From IMG/VR virus record IMGVR_UViG_3300021387_000090, positions 32,001 through 96,000 of that record: DNA of 64,000 nt; one strand, 5' to 3'. The stretch is from a virus (lineage: Duplodnaviria; Caudoviricetes). This document shows positions 10,601 through 22,700 of this stretch, one piece after another. The notes beneath the pieces were generated by a model that was given only the letters and a program-made list of their open reading frames with translations, was not told where the DNA came from and did not search any database. Position numbers and translations under genes: made by a program. Every line of letters begins with the position of its first letter. The first letter of the stretch is position 1.

Positions 10601-13600
10601 ACTTTATTGCTGATGCTAGAAATGCTGAAGAAATGGTAAATCGTTATGATCGTAACCAAATTTATGATGAGAATAACAATTTGACCCCTGATAGCGTTGC
10701 AGAAGCTTGTCCTCAATTAAGAGTGATAAAAATTGATTGTCCTCATTTTACTAACGATAAAAAAGATAAAGTAGCAGACACTACCATCGAGTATATCTAT
10801 CGTGATGGTGATCCTGTATTGGATAACTGGATTGCTACTGGTGCTTCGCACAGCGGACAGGGGACAACTAGTAATGAGTATGCTGCTGCTGGACGAAATT
10901 TGGATCTGATAATGAATACAGATACTACGGTGATTACACTTGGTGATGGAACTACAACTGCAAGTAAGATTAGTTTAACTCGTACTTCAGTGCCTGTTAA
11001 CTACTTAAATGTGAAGGTGAATATTGCCAGTTCTGAAAATGCTAACAATGCTTTGTTACAAAAGAGATACGACAGATACTTACCATATGTAAGTGAGCCT
11101 AAAAAAGCAGATCCTAAAGTAAAGAACACGATGGAGTTTTATAACTGTGTAATCTTTGTGCGTGAGAACGATTCTGATCTTACTACTCATAGAGAATATG
11201 ATGATACTGATTGGCATTTTTATGCTATTGGCAATGTTGGTGATTCTAAGAAGACAGATAAAACTCGTGTTGTAGACTCTTCTGACCCTAAAGAATTCTG
11301 TGTGGAAATAATGGATAATACTTTCCCGAATTCGACATTCCCCGGTGGTACAGAAGCCTTAGCAAACTTGGACGCTGACACCTTTAGTGAAAAGACTGGT
11401 GAAACTTATGGTCTTCGGTATGAGTATAAGAATATAACCACCGAAGAACATGAAGCTAATCTTGAAGCTTTTAGAGATTTCTATAGATTTGTAGTTAATT
11501 CAACAGATCAGGAATTCCATGATAATCTTGGAGATTATTTCGTGTTAGATTCTGCTCTTTATTTCTATCTTTATACTCTGCAATGGACAATGATTGATAA
11601 CCGTGCAAAGAACACTTTCTGGTGGAGACATAAATGTGAAGATGGTGAATATAGATTTGAATTCTGGGGATACGATTTTGACTCGGGCCTCGGAATCAAC
11701 AATTCGGGCGAGATGACAATGCCTTATGGCAGAGAAGATATGGATTATCGAACAGAAGGAGATCCTAATTCTGGGTATATCTTTAACGCCGCTGAATCCA
11801 CATTCTTCTGTCGTGTGAGAGATTTGTTCCAGACTGAACTACAAGCCATGTATCTGACTTGTGAATCAAACAATGCTTGGAATCCCGAAAGTATGATTCA
11901 AGAGTTTGATAATTGGCAAGCACAATTCCCTGAAGAATTATGGAGATTAGATATTACCAATAAATATATCAATTCTTATCTTGGAAAGGGTAGATTCTAC
12001 TCTGCTACACCTCGTTTCTTAACTACCATGATGAATGGACGTAAGAAATATCATAGACGGCAGTTTATCAGGGATCAAGTAATGTATATGGCAACTAAAT
12101 GGTATGGTAGTTATGCTACGTCTGATCAGATCATGTTTAGATGTAACACACCCACATCTGCTGTTGTTTCTCCTGATTATACTCTGCATTTGACACCTTA
12201 CGCAGATATGTATTTGTCTGTAATGTTTGGTGCGACTTCTAGAAAACAGGTTCGTGCAAAAGCTGGCATTGAATATACTATTACTTGTCCTCTTACAACG
12301 ATGGATGATACAGCGGTGCTGATTTATGGCGCCTCTAGGATTCAATCTGTGGGTGATTTAAGTACTTGTTATGTACATGATAATGATTTCTCAAAAGCCG
12401 TAAAGCTTCGTTCTTTGACAATTGGTAGTACTATAGAGGGATACAACAATGTATTCTTGACTACTCTTAATTTAGGTAATAATGCGTTATTACAAACTCT
12501 TGACATTAGAAATAATCCTAATCTGACAGGAACTTTAAATCTGTCTGGATGCCCTAGCCTAGAAACTTTACAGGCTACTGGAACAAGTTTGACTGGTGTT
12601 ATATTTGCAGATGGTGGTAAAATTAAGACAGCTTATTTACCTGCAATAAATTCTTTGACAATAAAGAATTTGTTATATTTAACCACTTTGTCATTAGCGG
12701 GGTATAATAATTTGTCAAGGATTGTGGCAGAAAATTGCCCTACTGTTGATCTAATTGCAATTATTACGAACGCCACTGCATTAACAAGATTAAGGGCTAC
12801 ACAGGTTGATTGGACAGTAGTTGACAATTGGTTGAAACCATTATTGAATCTTTCAGGCGTGGATGCGTCTGGTTATGATACAACGAAATCTGTATTAACT
12901 GGTACTGCTCATTTAGCGGCTACAGATACCTTTACTCTGAATGAATATAACACACAATGGCCTGATTTGGTTATTGATGTACCACCTTCAGCAGTATTAC
13001 AAGCCTATACCGTAACCTTTAAGAATCCTGAAATAGATCCTGAAAAAAAGGTTCTTGATGTACAACATATTATTGAAGGTGAGAATGCTGTAGATCCTAT
13101 TACTCGTGCGGTTAATCCTATTGCTATTCCCACTATGGTTGTTTATCTGGAAGATGGAAAAACCATTGCTAAAGACTATACATTTACTGGATGGGATTTA
13201 GCATTAACCAATATTAGGAGTAATCGTACAATTACAGCAGTTTATGATGAATCAGAACATCAATATACTGTACGGTTTTTAGATTTGGATAATACTGTAT
13301 TAGAAACTATTCAAGCACCTTACGGCTCTAGTGTTGAATATTCTGGTACAACGCCTGTATACACCAAGCAAGAGTCCTCTTATGTATATAATTTATTTGA
13401 GGGTTGGGATAGTTATCCTATTGTAACAGGAGACATTGATATTAAGGCAAAATATCAAACTTATCGTTATAACGAAGAAGAATTGAATAATATGAGTTTA
13501 TCACAAATGACCCCTACTCAAATTTATTCCATCCTTCAGAACAAACGGAGTGGTGCATTACCAATAACCATTAATTCTAAAGATAGTATTAGTTTTAAGG

Positions 13601-14763
13601 TAGGTATTGATTATGAATATGATAATGTTGAGTCTGTAGAACTCTTCCAAACTGAAAGAACTTTTAACGGCACATCGAATGATTATTATGATACAGAAAT
13701 TGCTTTATTAGATAATGATTCTGATTGGACGTTGGTTATTGATTATAAATGGGATTCTACTGCTGCAAATAATAGCGTTTTATTCCAATGTTATCAAGGC
13801 TATGGTTCTAATGGTTTTAGATTTAGAAATACAAGTGGCTATAAGGTCATTTGGGGAACTAATAATTTATCTGTAGGTGCTGTAAATACTAGAGATATGA
13901 TCGTATTACGACATCTTGCTGGCAATAATACATTGCATATTTATTCTGGTAATCTGCCTAATGAAACTATTTTCTATAATACATTATCTGCGACTCGAAG
14001 CGTAACAACCAATAATGCAACTCTTGTATTTGGGGCTTCTATCGATGATGATGGTGCTGTGAGTTCTTATGCTAAAGGGACTATTTATTCTGCCAAACTT
14101 TATTATGCTGATCTTGGCGATAAAGCTTGTCGAGATATGGTATTATGGCCTAGAGAAACTATTACCGCTGAAATGGCGGGATTTAGAAGATATTACTTGG
14201 CTGATGGTTCTGGTGCAAGAAGCAATATGACTTTCTTAGGTAGTCATTTGCTGTCCAACCCTATGAATGTAATGTCTGGGGGAAGTAATGTGGGTGGATG
14301 GCTTGTTACTCCTAATAGAAGAATTTTAAACAATAGATTCTATAATGCTATTCCTATTTTATGGAGACAGTTAATTAAGCAAGTTCAGATTTCTGCCAAT
14401 ACAGGACACATTGAAACAGCAACTAACGAAACAAATGCGGAAGTAACTACAGGTGCATGTTACATTGCTCTTCCGTCTATTTTATCATTAAATGCTAACT
14501 ATGATCGAATACCATATAACTTGGAAGCGGGTGAGCCTGATGCTTATGGTAATTATACCATCGATTATGTTCTTACCAACGAAAATAGAATGAGATATTA
14601 TCCTGACGGAACTTTAGGAAAATATGCTACAAGATCTGCCATGCCTAATTATAACTATACATGGTTTTATATTGTAGGCACTGATAATTATTATGCCGCT
14701 GGTTCTGAAGATTATTGGTCACCTTCAGGTGATATGGGTATATGTATCGAGTTTTCAATTTAA
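7681..14763 (+). CDS. Giant tail-associated protein: BppU-like N-terminus, CotH-kinase-like core, LRR, B-repeat-like Ig domains, C-terminal CLec/DUF6273-like domain
   Basis: 2360-aa ORF. Contains IDNRAKN...YDFDSGLG (CotH-like), LxxLxLxxNxxL repeats, YTFTGWD/FEGWD B-repeat-like motifs and a terminal YATRSA...GICIEFSI. Confidence 0.7.
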   Translation: MPSNFSDLLNNGIVSNDEVTPTVNSNRLMAATDTIADDTEEWTRIVNGVYEWYDEYTDDQGLSTVDANKLVTLAPNQTNITQESNSQYISFRMQRYYDGVDLTQMTIRFYIVNSKNEGYILPACNVSYNQNYIKFHMLVNDAMTQVAGTLKFEIQASGTTSAGTYRWKTRSNSQLTVLEALSYDDLIEPSDGWQSYLIQIDNAVSQAETAAHTAEQAVESVSEKLDEFDQEKDNVTAAVEENVRNDMNDTIANALSTALDDYYTKDEVDSKATNLTVNYNTSTHVMTFLDNGTQFAEYDLSQDPSQTWTSNFRENAIASDIQSAINTALNNYYTKAEIDDSLLTINSAIDALEAKLDGDDYYTASEVDAKVATKADSSTVTAIQNQMNEIASTANSNKSNITTIGTKIAELEDAIADIDTSESAIKYYITYDTDDSLSDAEKYMLTLWTYEGDEFVRSNATAVCAVKVVGGGGGGQSSSSTITISYITTTPVIVRTGSNIVLQYHYRSVDTSGVDIGGTATWRIGNTIIGTQVLTSNTDNEFDVTNFVSLGTQKVTLSITDDNGTLATRVWTVQVVDVRLESSFNDTFTYPMGPISFDYTPYGSISKVVHFKLDGNEIGTVTTTSSGLPMGFDIPTQTHGAHLLDAYITATISGTDIETDHIYKDIIWYNENSTIPVIGVNTQNITAQQYDTNNITYTVYDPNTETPTVTFAVDGEPIATNIVTNGAHIWSYKGTVVGNHVLTITCRDVIKTINLTVTKLDIDIEPITANLQLDFNPTGMSNNSADRLWSNGTYHMSVSDNFDWVNGGYQLDENGDQYFGIKAGTTATFDYKLFGDDAKRNGKEFKLVFKVANVRDIDTTWMSCMGTTGTANVGIYMKPHEAYINSSTNTLMSPIAEEDIIEFEFNIAKDTANIPMVMTYEDGVALRPKVYGSDDSFTQDTPTDIVFGSTECDIRIYRMKCYNSSLSDSNILTNFIADARNAEEMVNRYDRNQIYDENNNLTPDSVAEACPQLRVIKIDCPHFTNDKKDKVADTTIEYIYRDGDPVLDNWIATGASHSGQGTTSNEYAAAGRNLDLIMNTDTTVITLGDGTTTASKISLTRTSVPVNYLNVKVNIASSENANNALLQKRYDRYLPYVSEPKKADPKVKNTMEFYNCVIFVRENDSDLTTHREYDDTDWHFYAIGNVGDSKKTDKTRVVDSSDPKEFCVEIMDNTFPNSTFPGGTEALANLDADTFSEKTGETYGLRYEYKNITTEEHEANLEAFRDFYRFVVNSTDQEFHDNLGDYFVLDSALYFYLYTLQWTMIDNRAKNTFWWRHKCEDGEYRFEFWGYDFDSGLGINNSGEMTMPYGREDMDYRTEGDPNSGYIFNAAESTFFCRVRDLFQTELQAMYLTCESNNAWNPESMIQEFDNWQAQFPEELWRLDITNKYINSYLGKGRFYSATPRFLTTMMNGRKKYHRRQFIRDQVMYMATKWYGSYATSDQIMFRCNTPTSAVVSPDYTLHLTPYADMYLSVMFGATSRKQVRAKAGIEYTITCPLTTMDDTAVLIYGASRIQSVGDLSTCYVHDNDFSKAVKLRSLTIGSTIEGYNNVFLTTLNLGNNALLQTLDIRNNPNLTGTLNLSGCPSLETLQATGTSLTGVIFADGGKIKTAYLPAINSLTIKNLLYLTTLSLAGYNNLSRIVAENCPTVDLIAIITNATALTRLRATQVDWTVVDNWLKPLLNLSGVDASGYDTTKSVLTGTAHLAATDTFTLNEYNTQWPDLVIDVPPSAVLQAYTVTFKNPEIDPEKKVLDVQHIIEGENAVDPITRAVNPIAIPTMVVYLEDGKTIAKDYTFTGWDLALTNIRSNRTITAVYDESEHQYTVRFLDLDNTVLETIQAPYGSSVEYSGTTPVYTKQESSYVYNLFEGWDSYPIVTGDIDIKAKYQTYRYNEEELNNMSLSQMTPTQIYSILQNKRSGALPITINSKDSISFKVGIDYEYDNVESVELFQTERTFNGTSNDYYDTEIALLDNDSDWTLVIDYKWDSTAANNSVLFQCYQGYGSNGFRFRNTSGYKVIWGTNNLSVGAVNTRDMIVLRHLAGNNTLHIYSGNLPNETIFYNTLSATRSVTTNNATLVFGASIDDDGAVSSYAKGTIYSAKLYYADLGDKACRDMVLWPRETITAEMAGFRRYYLADGSGARSNMTFLGSHLLSNPMNVMSGGSNVGGWLVTPNRRILNNRFYNAIPILWRQLIKQVQISANTGHIETATNETNAEVTTGACYIALPSILSLNANYDRIPYNLEAGEPDAYGNYTIDYVLTNENRMRYYPDGTLGKYATRSAMPNYNYTWFYIVGTDNYYAAGSEDYWSPSGDMGICIEFSI

Positions 14764-14772
14764 TATATTATT

Positions 14773-14802
14773 TCAAGGCGTATCTTTTATGATACGCCTT
14801 GA
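14773..14802 (+). terminator. Perfect 12-bp hairpin after the giant tail gene (terminator or DGR-type cis hairpin)
   Basis: TCAAGGCGTATC-ttttat-GATACGCCTTGA; only a weak U tail. Confidence 0.55.
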
Positions 14803-14826
14803 CTTGTTATAAAGGAGATTGACCCT

Positions 14827-15159
14827 ATGATTAAGTATTTTAAAATTATTTGGAATCGTAATGTAATTGATTTATTGCATTATGATGAATTAGTTGGGCC
14901 AACATATATCAAATTTCAAGAGGTTCATGGAATCCCACTGCGATGTGGGAAAGTGGATGCTCAAGGATTTCTATCTGATTATGATAAGATTTATAATACA
15001 AGTGATTTGTTGCCATTTCCTTCTAATAATATGTATCCTACTGTTACCTTAGAAGAAATTTCTGAAAATGAATATAATGGTATTAAGAGTAAAGATTTTA
15101 AAACCGCTCAACAAATTAGGGAAGATTTCTTAATAGAGTTGTTAGAAAGGGGTTTTTGA
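14827..15159 (+). CDS. Hypothetical protein, possible tail assembly chaperone
   Basis: 110-aa ORF with AGGAG RBS, preceding an XkdX-like small gene. Confidence 0.55.
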   Translation: MIKYFKIIWNRNVIDLLHYDELVGPTYIKFQEVHGIPLRCGKVDAQGFLSDYDKIYNTSDLLPFPSNNMYPTVTLEEISENEYNGIKSKDFKTAQQIREDFLIELLERGF

Positions 15160-15160
15160 T

Positions 15161-15313
15161 ATGGAAAAAGACGTTATTAAATATGATGATACTGTCATTA
15201 CTCTTAAATCCTTGTACGAACAAAAGCGAATTGATAAAACAAAAGTCCAACTATTATTTGCAAGTAAAAAAATTACGTTGGAAGAATATGAATATATAAT
15301 TAACGAGAAATAA
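15161..15313 (+). CDS. XkdX-like small protein (50 aa, not in ORF track)
   Basis: Hand translation MEKDVIKY...KKITLEEYEYIINEK; KITxEEYxxI resembles the XkdX family signature. Confidence 0.6.
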   Translation: MEKDVIKYDDTVITLKSLYEQKRIDKTKVQLLFASKKITLEEYEYIINEK

Positions 15314-15329
15314 GAAAGGAGGATGTACT

Positions 15330-16010
15330 ATGAATACATATCTGTTTCAAAATGATAACAGTATCATTCTTACAGAGTCTACTGGTGCAATTACAGAACG
15401 TAGTAATTCTGTTGATACATTAAGAATTGTCGTACCTAAATTATATAATGAGACATTCGATATGAGTGAATTCAGTGGGCTTTTTGAATACAAACTGCCT
15501 ATTAGTAATGCATCTGGTCTGTTCGAATTGGTACTTGCAGATGATAATTATAAAGAAGATTATTTATTGTATACCCTTCCTGATACTGTATTAACTACTG
15601 ATCTTACTAAAGAAGTTGGGAATGTTGAATTTAGTTTAACATTCGCAAAAGCTGAATTAGATGAAGAGGGCAATACGATTGAAAGGATCCGTCAAAGTGC
15701 TGGTCATGCAATTTTAAAGATTATTCCTATTGCAAGTTGGTTAACTCCTTCTGATAAAGAGATATCTACGCTTGCTTCAATGTATATTGAAAATAAGAAA
15801 GTTGCTCTGGCTCTTGCTGATCTTGCCGCTACATTGGGCAATACCAAATTAGATGATTTAGTTGTAAATACTGATGATAATAGATTGTATGGTACGGCAA
15901 ATGGTGCTATTACTGGTGAGGGCGTTGATTTAGCAACACTGAATCAAATCTTAGTTAGACTTGGTGGTTCTGCTGCGGATAATGGTAATATTCATATTCA
16001 GCAAATCTAA
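15330..16010 (+). CDS. BppU-like / baseplate adaptor protein
   Basis: 226-aa ORF, AGGAGG RBS, LTKEVGNVEFSLTF BppU-like segment. Confidence 0.5.
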   Translation: MNTYLFQNDNSIILTESTGAITERSNSVDTLRIVVPKLYNETFDMSEFSGLFEYKLPISNASGLFELVLADDNYKEDYLLYTLPDTVLTTDLTKEVGNVEFSLTFAKAELDEEGNTIERIRQSAGHAILKIIPIASWLTPSDKEISTLASMYIENKKVALALADLAATLGNTKLDDLVVNTDDNRLYGTANGAITGEGVDLATLNQILVRLGGSAADNGNIHIQQI

Positions 16011-16024
16011 AGGAAGGTGATTTT

Positions 16025-16918
16025 ATGGCAATGGACTATAGATCACATTCTAGATTTTTCTTCACGGATTATCGAAGAATACAAGATGCAATAAATGCAG
16101 GAACAATTAATCAATGGGACATTGTATTATGTTCTGATACACAAGAAATGCTTCTTGTCGGTGAAAATTTTGATTTAATTCCTATTCATTCTAAGGTATA
16201 TCGATTTGTTAGTGTATCTGATGCTGAAACATATCTAAACACTGCAACAGATAGTTATCAAGGTCAGATTGTTTCAATTCTTGATACAACATCTGGTACA
16301 TATAAAGCTTATATGGTAAATGGCAGCACAGGACATTATTATGTTACTGCTATCAGTGTTTATAATGCCTCAGATATTAATTACAACGAAATTGGAAATC
16401 GTCCTATAGAACAATTATATGGAGACATTGAGCATCCTGTAGTGCTTTCATCTTTAGAAAATGGATTTTATAAAGTCCATGGTGCATATAAAGTAAGCAC
16501 TAAATTAATTACAATTTTTCAAAGTGATGGGAATCATGTTATTGTAGTAAATCATAACGAACCTGAGTCTGAAGAAAATACTGAAACTACTAGTATTAAA
16601 GTAATTACAGATGCCTCAATAACAGATTATATTGTCAATAACACTGACACTGTTATTGAGAGAAATAATTATGCTACAAAGCAATGGGTTGAATCTCAGG
16701 GATATATTACTGATGCTGACTTTGATGCAAAAATTCAAGCATTGGATATTATGACCAGAGAAAATGCCGAAGCGTATATTCAAGAATTAATTCGTGAAGG
16801 TGTGGAAAATATAGTAACTGAAATGTTTGATGATCAATTTAACGAAAGATTTGACACAAGATTAGATATAAAGATGCAAGCAGAAGATAATAGTTCTATC
16901 CAAAACTTGTTTAATTAA
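16025..16918 (+). CDS. Hypothetical tail structural protein
   Basis: 297-aa ORF; N-terminal DIVLCSDTQEML..IPI resembles the N-terminus of 3321..3929. Confidence 0.5.
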   Translation: MAMDYRSHSRFFFTDYRRIQDAINAGTINQWDIVLCSDTQEMLLVGENFDLIPIHSKVYRFVSVSDAETYLNTATDSYQGQIVSILDTTSGTYKAYMVNGSTGHYYVTAISVYNASDINYNEIGNRPIEQLYGDIEHPVVLSSLENGFYKVHGAYKVSTKLITIFQSDGNHVIVVNHNEPESEENTETTSIKVITDASITDYIVNNTDTVIERNNYATKQWVESQGYITDADFDAKIQALDIMTRENAEAYIQELIREGVENIVTEMFDDQFNERFDTRLDIKMQAEDNSSIQNLFN

Positions 16919-16954
16919 ATCCTCAAGCTTAATTAAGTAGAAGGAGGTAACTAT

Positions 16955-17587
16955 ATGGCTAAATATATTTCGTTAGATAATCTAACTACATATGATGGTC
17001 TAATAAAACAATTGATAACAACGACACATGCGCAGTCTATTCAAACTGTAGCATTGTCTAATGATAACACACAACTTTTATTTTATAAAGAGTCTGAACC
17101 GCTGAGTGCGGGTGCATCTCCTGCTTATAGTATTACAATTCCTCATCAAAGCTTGGATGCATTAATGCGGAAAGTAATTTCTGCTACGAGTGGGAACATT
17201 GCTGTTTTTGATGCTAATGGTGCGGTGATTGATGGTAATGTCGCATTAAACGATCTCGTTACCGAAACAGAGGTGCAAACTATTGTTAACCAAGCAGTAG
17301 CCGCCGCTAATATGATTCAGGCTCAAATTGTAGAAACATTGCCCGATCCTGCAACTGCGAGTTCAAATATTATTTATCTGATTAAAGATAATGCATCAGG
17401 TGCTGATGATAAGTATAAAGAATATATGCTTATTAGTGGTACAATGACAATGATTGGGGACACAGGAGTCGATCTGACTGGCTATGCTACTGAACAGTAT
17501 GTAAATGACCGTATTGCGGCTTTGAATATTCCTGACATTCAAGCGGCAACTACTGCGGAAATTCAGGCGTTATTTACGACACCTTAA
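16955..17587 (+). CDS. Hypothetical tail fibre-associated protein
   Basis: KYISLDNLTTY N-terminus; IVETLP..IIYLI..KYKEYM..IGDT.VDLTGYAT fibre motif. Confidence 0.55.
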   Translation: MAKYISLDNLTTYDGLIKQLITTTHAQSIQTVALSNDNTQLLFYKESEPLSAGASPAYSITIPHQSLDALMRKVISATSGNIAVFDANGAVIDGNVALNDLVTETEVQTIVNQAVAAANMIQAQIVETLPDPATASSNIIYLIKDNASGADDKYKEYMLISGTMTMIGDTGVDLTGYATEQYVNDRIAALNIPDIQAATTAEIQALFTTP

Positions 17588-17631
17588 TTTAAGGAATAAT
17601 TAAGAATATTATAAGAAAGGAGGATTCTCAT

Positions 17632-17916
17632 ATGGCAAGTTCTGCGGATGCCAACAAATATATTAATCTTCCGGGGTTAGAAACATATACTGAGGAAATC
17701 AAGAAATTAATTCGACAAATGATTAATGAATCCTCTGATGATTTTGAAATAGTTACTGCGGATACTTATTTAGAGTTCCCACTTATTGGTAACGAAGATA
17801 AATTATATATCGACTCTGGGGCAAATAAGACTTATAGATGGGATGATACGAATTTAAAGTATTATTGTGTTGGAAGTGATTATGATGATATTTCTCAGAT
17901 CGATGGAACTTTTTAA
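17632..17916 (+). CDS. Small tail-associated protein
   Basis: KYINLPGLETY N-terminus like the preceding gene; FPLIGNEDKLYID..TYRW motif. Confidence 0.55.
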   Translation: MASSADANKYINLPGLETYTEEIKKLIRQMINESSDDFEIVTADTYLEFPLIGNEDKLYIDSGANKTYRWDDTNLKYYCVGSDYDDISQIDGTF

Positions 17917-17933
17917 AGAAAGGAGTATGAACG

Positions 17934-19535
17934 ATGGCTAATACTACTCTCAAGTCAAGAATAGTTTTATGTTCAAAAACTTCTACACAATGGGCACAAT
18001 CAGCTAATGCGTCTCTCGTACCGTTAAAGGGTGAGATCTGTGTAGAAACATTTACTGATGCCGCCCCAAAAATAAAAATTGGTGATGGTACAACTACTTT
18101 TGCCAATTTGCCATATGCAACTTTAACAGAAGCTGAAATTCGTTCTATTGTTAATCAGGCCGCATATAATTTGCAACCCGCTACTTCAAGTGTACTTGGT
18201 GGCGTAATGATTGGTTCTAATGTTGATGTTGCCTCTAATGGTACGATTAGTATTAAAGATGCTTCAACCTCTCAAAAGGGTGTTGTTCAATTGAATGATG
18301 CTATTAATAGTACATCTACTACGCAAGCTGCCACTGCGAATGCTGCTAAGAAAGCTTATGATCGTGGTAGTACTGGTATTACTAATGCGGCAACAGCACA
18401 AGCGGCAGCAGAAGCGGCTCAACAGGCGGCTGATCAGGCTCAAGATACCGCTGATGCCAAGATTGGCAGTGTTACTTTAAGTGGTGGCACTAATAACGGC
18501 ACTTTGAAATTAACTGTTGATGGTACTGCTACAGACAACATTGCCGTTACAGGGCTTGGGTCTGCAGCCTATACTGCGACTACTGCTTATGCTACTTCGG
18601 CTCAAGGTACAAAAGCTGATAATGCTATGCCGAAGTCTGGTGGTACTTTTACAGGCGCTGTAACACTGAATGCAGATCCTACCGCCAATCTTGGTGCGGC
18701 TACTAAGCAGTATGTTGATACGCAGATTACAAGTAAAATTAGCGCATCCGATGCTATGGTGTTTAAAGGCACTTTAGGTAGTGGTGGTACTGTAACCGCT
18801 GTTCCCACGACTGGTGTAGTTAAGGGCGATACTTATAAGGTTATTACGGCTGGCACATGGGCGGGTTCAGCTTGCAAAGTTGGTGATCTGTTAATCGCTT
18901 TAAATAGTGGTGCAATTACTGCTAATACAGATAACTGGGCCTATGTACCTTCTGGCGATGAGGCCATTACTACTATTAAATATAGTACCACAACACAGAA
19001 CTTAACGACATCTGCTCAGACTGGTGCTATCACCGTTGGTGAAGCCGCCACAAAGCAAGTCGATACAAGTATTTCTGCGGCTTCTACTTCCACTAAACTG
19101 CCCACATCAGCGGCTGTTGCAAGTTTTGTCGAGGGTAAGGGATACGTTACTACAGACAACAAAGTAACTAATACTCTGAACACTACTACAAAAGCATACG
19201 TCACTGGTACGACTAGTGCTACAACTAATACTGGTGGACAGGTATTTGATACTGGCGTTTATCTTGATACTACAGCAGGTACTTTACATGCTACTAAAAT
19301 GACAGCTACTACATTTGAAGGTGGATTAACTGGTAAAGCAACATCTGCGGGTGCGGCAGATACAGCGGGGAAATTAGCCTCAAGTGTGAATGTAAAAGCA
19401 ACTGGAAAAGCTAGTGGTTCTACAACAACTTTTGATGGTTCTAGTGAATTGCAAGTAAATATTACGTCTTTTGACTCCGCAGGATTAACTCAAACTAGCG
19501 GAGACTATTTAATTCTAGACGGCAATTTTGGTTAA
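17934..19535 (+). CDS. Tail fibre protein with Mtd_N/hyaluronidase-N-like domain
   Basis: W...PLKGE..KIKIGDGTT.F..LPY N-terminus; ASTSQKGVVQL, SGGTFTG and AATKQYVD fibre repeats. Confidence 0.75.
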   Translation: MANTTLKSRIVLCSKTSTQWAQSANASLVPLKGEICVETFTDAAPKIKIGDGTTTFANLPYATLTEAEIRSIVNQAAYNLQPATSSVLGGVMIGSNVDVASNGTISIKDASTSQKGVVQLNDAINSTSTTQAATANAAKKAYDRGSTGITNAATAQAAAEAAQQAADQAQDTADAKIGSVTLSGGTNNGTLKLTVDGTATDNIAVTGLGSAAYTATTAYATSAQGTKADNAMPKSGGTFTGAVTLNADPTANLGAATKQYVDTQITSKISASDAMVFKGTLGSGGTVTAVPTTGVVKGDTYKVITAGTWAGSACKVGDLLIALNSGAITANTDNWAYVPSGDEAITTIKYSTTTQNLTTSAQTGAITVGEAATKQVDTSISAASTSTKLPTSAAVASFVEGKGYVTTDNKVTNTLNTTTKAYVTGTTSATTNTGGQVFDTGVYLDTTAGTLHATKMTATTFEGGLTGKATSAGAADTAGKLASSVNVKATGKASGSTTTFDGSSELQVNITSFDSAGLTQTSGDYLILDGNFG

Positions 19536-19596
19536 TTAATAATAAAGGAAGAAAAAGGAATAATATGAACATAACATTTTTGAATGATAAGACAAT

Positions 19597-19690
19597 AAGA
19601 GGTGAGATTATAAAAACAATTTCACCTCTTTTTAATTTATGAAAAATCAAAGAAGTTTTGAAAATCCTTAATTCCTCAAACTTCTTTTTT
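19597..19690 (+). terminator. Two tandem terminator-like hairpins between fibre genes
   Basis: AAGAGGTGAGATT/AATTTCACCTCTT + TTT (19597-19633) and AAAGAAGTTT/AAACTTCTTT + TTT (19649-19690). Confidence 0.5.
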
Positions 19691-19730
19691 ATATATAAAC
19701 GAACGTATAAAAATGAAAGGAGGATGACAC

Positions 19731-22700
19731 ATGGCTGATACGACACTTAAAGTACGCATGACTGCAGCAAGAAAAACTGAGTCAGAGTGGAACGTTACTA
19801 CAATCATTCCCAAAGAGAATGAGGTACTTTACACCAAGGGCGGGTTACACGATGGCGAATATAAGATCGGGGATGGAACCCATAGATGGTCTGATCTTGA
19901 TTACATAAAACCATCTTATACTTATCCCGAATTAGAACCATTGATGACCAAAACCTACAATAATGTAATTTGTACGGCAAATTCAGATCCTGCAGGATAT
20001 TTATATTTTATGACCATAAAACCTAATAATTATAATACGGCTTGGACAATAAGATATAGAGTCCATGCTACTATAGCGGGTGTTACTGGTGGATATCAAG
20101 ATTCAGAAGTACTTATAGAAGGAACACGAAACACTTATTTGGCATATAGTACTTATAATGCAGTTAATAATACTTCTTATAGGCCCTATTATTATCATAT
20201 GTATTTTGCCGCTAATGAAACAGGACAAGCAAATAATTATCCTCATCTACTTGGCTTTAGATTTCAATCATCTTATAATCCTGCGACAACGGCAAATTCT
20301 CGTACTATTGTAATTGAAATTTTAGAATATAAAAATTGTACCCTGACTTTTTTAGATACTATGAAGTTATTCGCTGATATGCCGGGGTCTAATTCTACTA
20401 ACTATGGTAATACCAGTAGTGGAGCAAACGCAACTCGTTATAGTTTTGATGGTACGACTCAGGGTTGGACATTTGTTGGAGATAGAAATACTTATCCATA
20501 TTTATTATCAGCTTATTACACAAGACCTTATGCGGGTGTAAATGGTACAAAACAATATAGTTTAGCTATGGAAGATTCTGTTGGGAGGCTTCAAAGTTTT
20601 ACTACTACGCATGGTACAGGAACAAGTAAAGCAAAAAACACACAAGGTTTTAGACTTGGTAGAATGTATTATCTTAATTCTTCTGGCAATTATACGGAAG
20701 GACAACAATTTGGTAATGATGTATCAAGAGTATTCCAATCTGATATGGACTTACGGTATTCAACTAATTGTGGAACAACTCTAACTGCATTTAAGCCTGT
20801 ATATATAGTAGGTACTGTTAACCCTATTACTAATCTATTTTATTTAGATGATACATGGTGGACACAAACATTGCCCACATCTGAAGACGGTAAAATATAT
20901 ATTTATATTGGTTGTCCTTATGATACTTATCGCTTAACTTTTGAAGGTTATCACGATCCTGTTTGGTATAAAGATGGGGCGATAAGACCTTTTTATGGAA
21001 ATACATTAAATGTTGAGCAATTACAGGAAATGAGAGATAGCGTCATAGAAGATTCCACTCCCTATTTATTTAGACCTTCTGCTAATGGGAATAATATCGG
21101 AGATAGAGAATACCCGGAAATTATTGGCGGTACGGTGGCGTGGAATCAGCATGTTACTTTTTCTCAGGCAACTTATACCGAAAAAGGGCTTACAATCAAA
21201 AGAAATGCAGATGGAACTATTGAAATAAGCGGAACAGCAACTGAAGATTGGTACAGCAATATCGGAAATACGGTAACTTCTTTTCTCAACCATAAGATTT
21301 TGATAAAAGGATGCCCGTCGGGAGGTTCTTCTTCGACATATTCAATGCGTGATGGATACACAGCAGGTGACAAATATAAAGATTTTGGCGACGGTAATAT
21401 CGTTGTCGGTAAAGCAAATTTCATCATTCAGATTATAGTGGGAAGAGGAACAGCATTGTCTACACCGATTATCTTTAAACCGCAAGCATTCGACCTCACC
21501 GCCATGTTCGGCACATCCATCGCAGACCAAGCCTACGCAATGGAGCAGGCAACAGCCAAGAGTGGAATTGCATGGCTTAAGTCGATGGGATTTTTTACCG
21601 CAGACTACTACCCGTATGATGCCGGGACGCTGAAGAGCGTGGAGGGGTTGGCATCGCACGATATGATTGGGTTTAATCAGTGGGATGAAGAGTGGGAAAG
21701 CGGATATTATGACGCAAACGGTCAACCTGTGACAAATTCCTTAACCATTCGTTCAAAAAATTACATTGAAGTAATGCCCGACACAGCATATTTTTTTAAA
21801 GCAACAAGCGGAACAAACAACCGAATTTGTTATTTTGACGTAGACAAAAATTTTATTTACAGAACCGATTTGCGTACGCCTGATACCGCATTCACGACTC
21901 CGACTAATTGCCGGTTCGTCATGTTCCATAATGACGGCACAACCTACAGCAACGACATCTGCATCAACCTCTCCGACCCCGCCAAAAACGGTACATACGA
22001 ACCATACGAAAAGCACAGCTACCCTCTCGACAGCACACTCACGCTCCGGGGTATTCCGAAACTGGTTGACGGGAAGTTGCAGCATGATGGGGATAGGTAT
22101 GCGAGTGATGGGACGGTGACGAGAAGGTATGGCGTGGTGGTGTATGACGGATCAGCAGACGAAACATGGGTTTATGAATCCTCAAATAGGCATTTTTACA
22201 TTGGTCTTGACAACGTAAAGCGGTCAAATGACTATGAAAAGTGCATGGTGTCCAACATCAAGGTCGCATCGAAGGCTTATTCGTGGAGTGCTGATGCAGT
22301 CCCGATGGTGTCTGCGTATGGAAACACTTCGGCGTATCCCGGCAAAAACTGGATATATATTAAACCGAACACTGATTCCGTGACAGATGTTGCGACATTT
22401 AGAACATGGCTTTCTGCCAACCCTGTTACGGTTGTCTACGAACTCGCCACCCCCACAACTGAAACAGCACAGCCTTTCCAGTCTCCACAAATTGTAGATG
22501 ATTTCGGGACAGAAGAGTATGTTATCGCTAATACTGTGGATGTACCGATTCCTGTTGGGCATAATACGAAATACGAATTAAAAACAGGTATCACAACTCA
22601 TGGCGAAGTGGTTGACGCTGGAGTACTGAATTCTTTTTATACTATGATTAAAAATGAATTTGTTTCTACTAAGGGTGACATTATGACTGGCCCTTTGACA

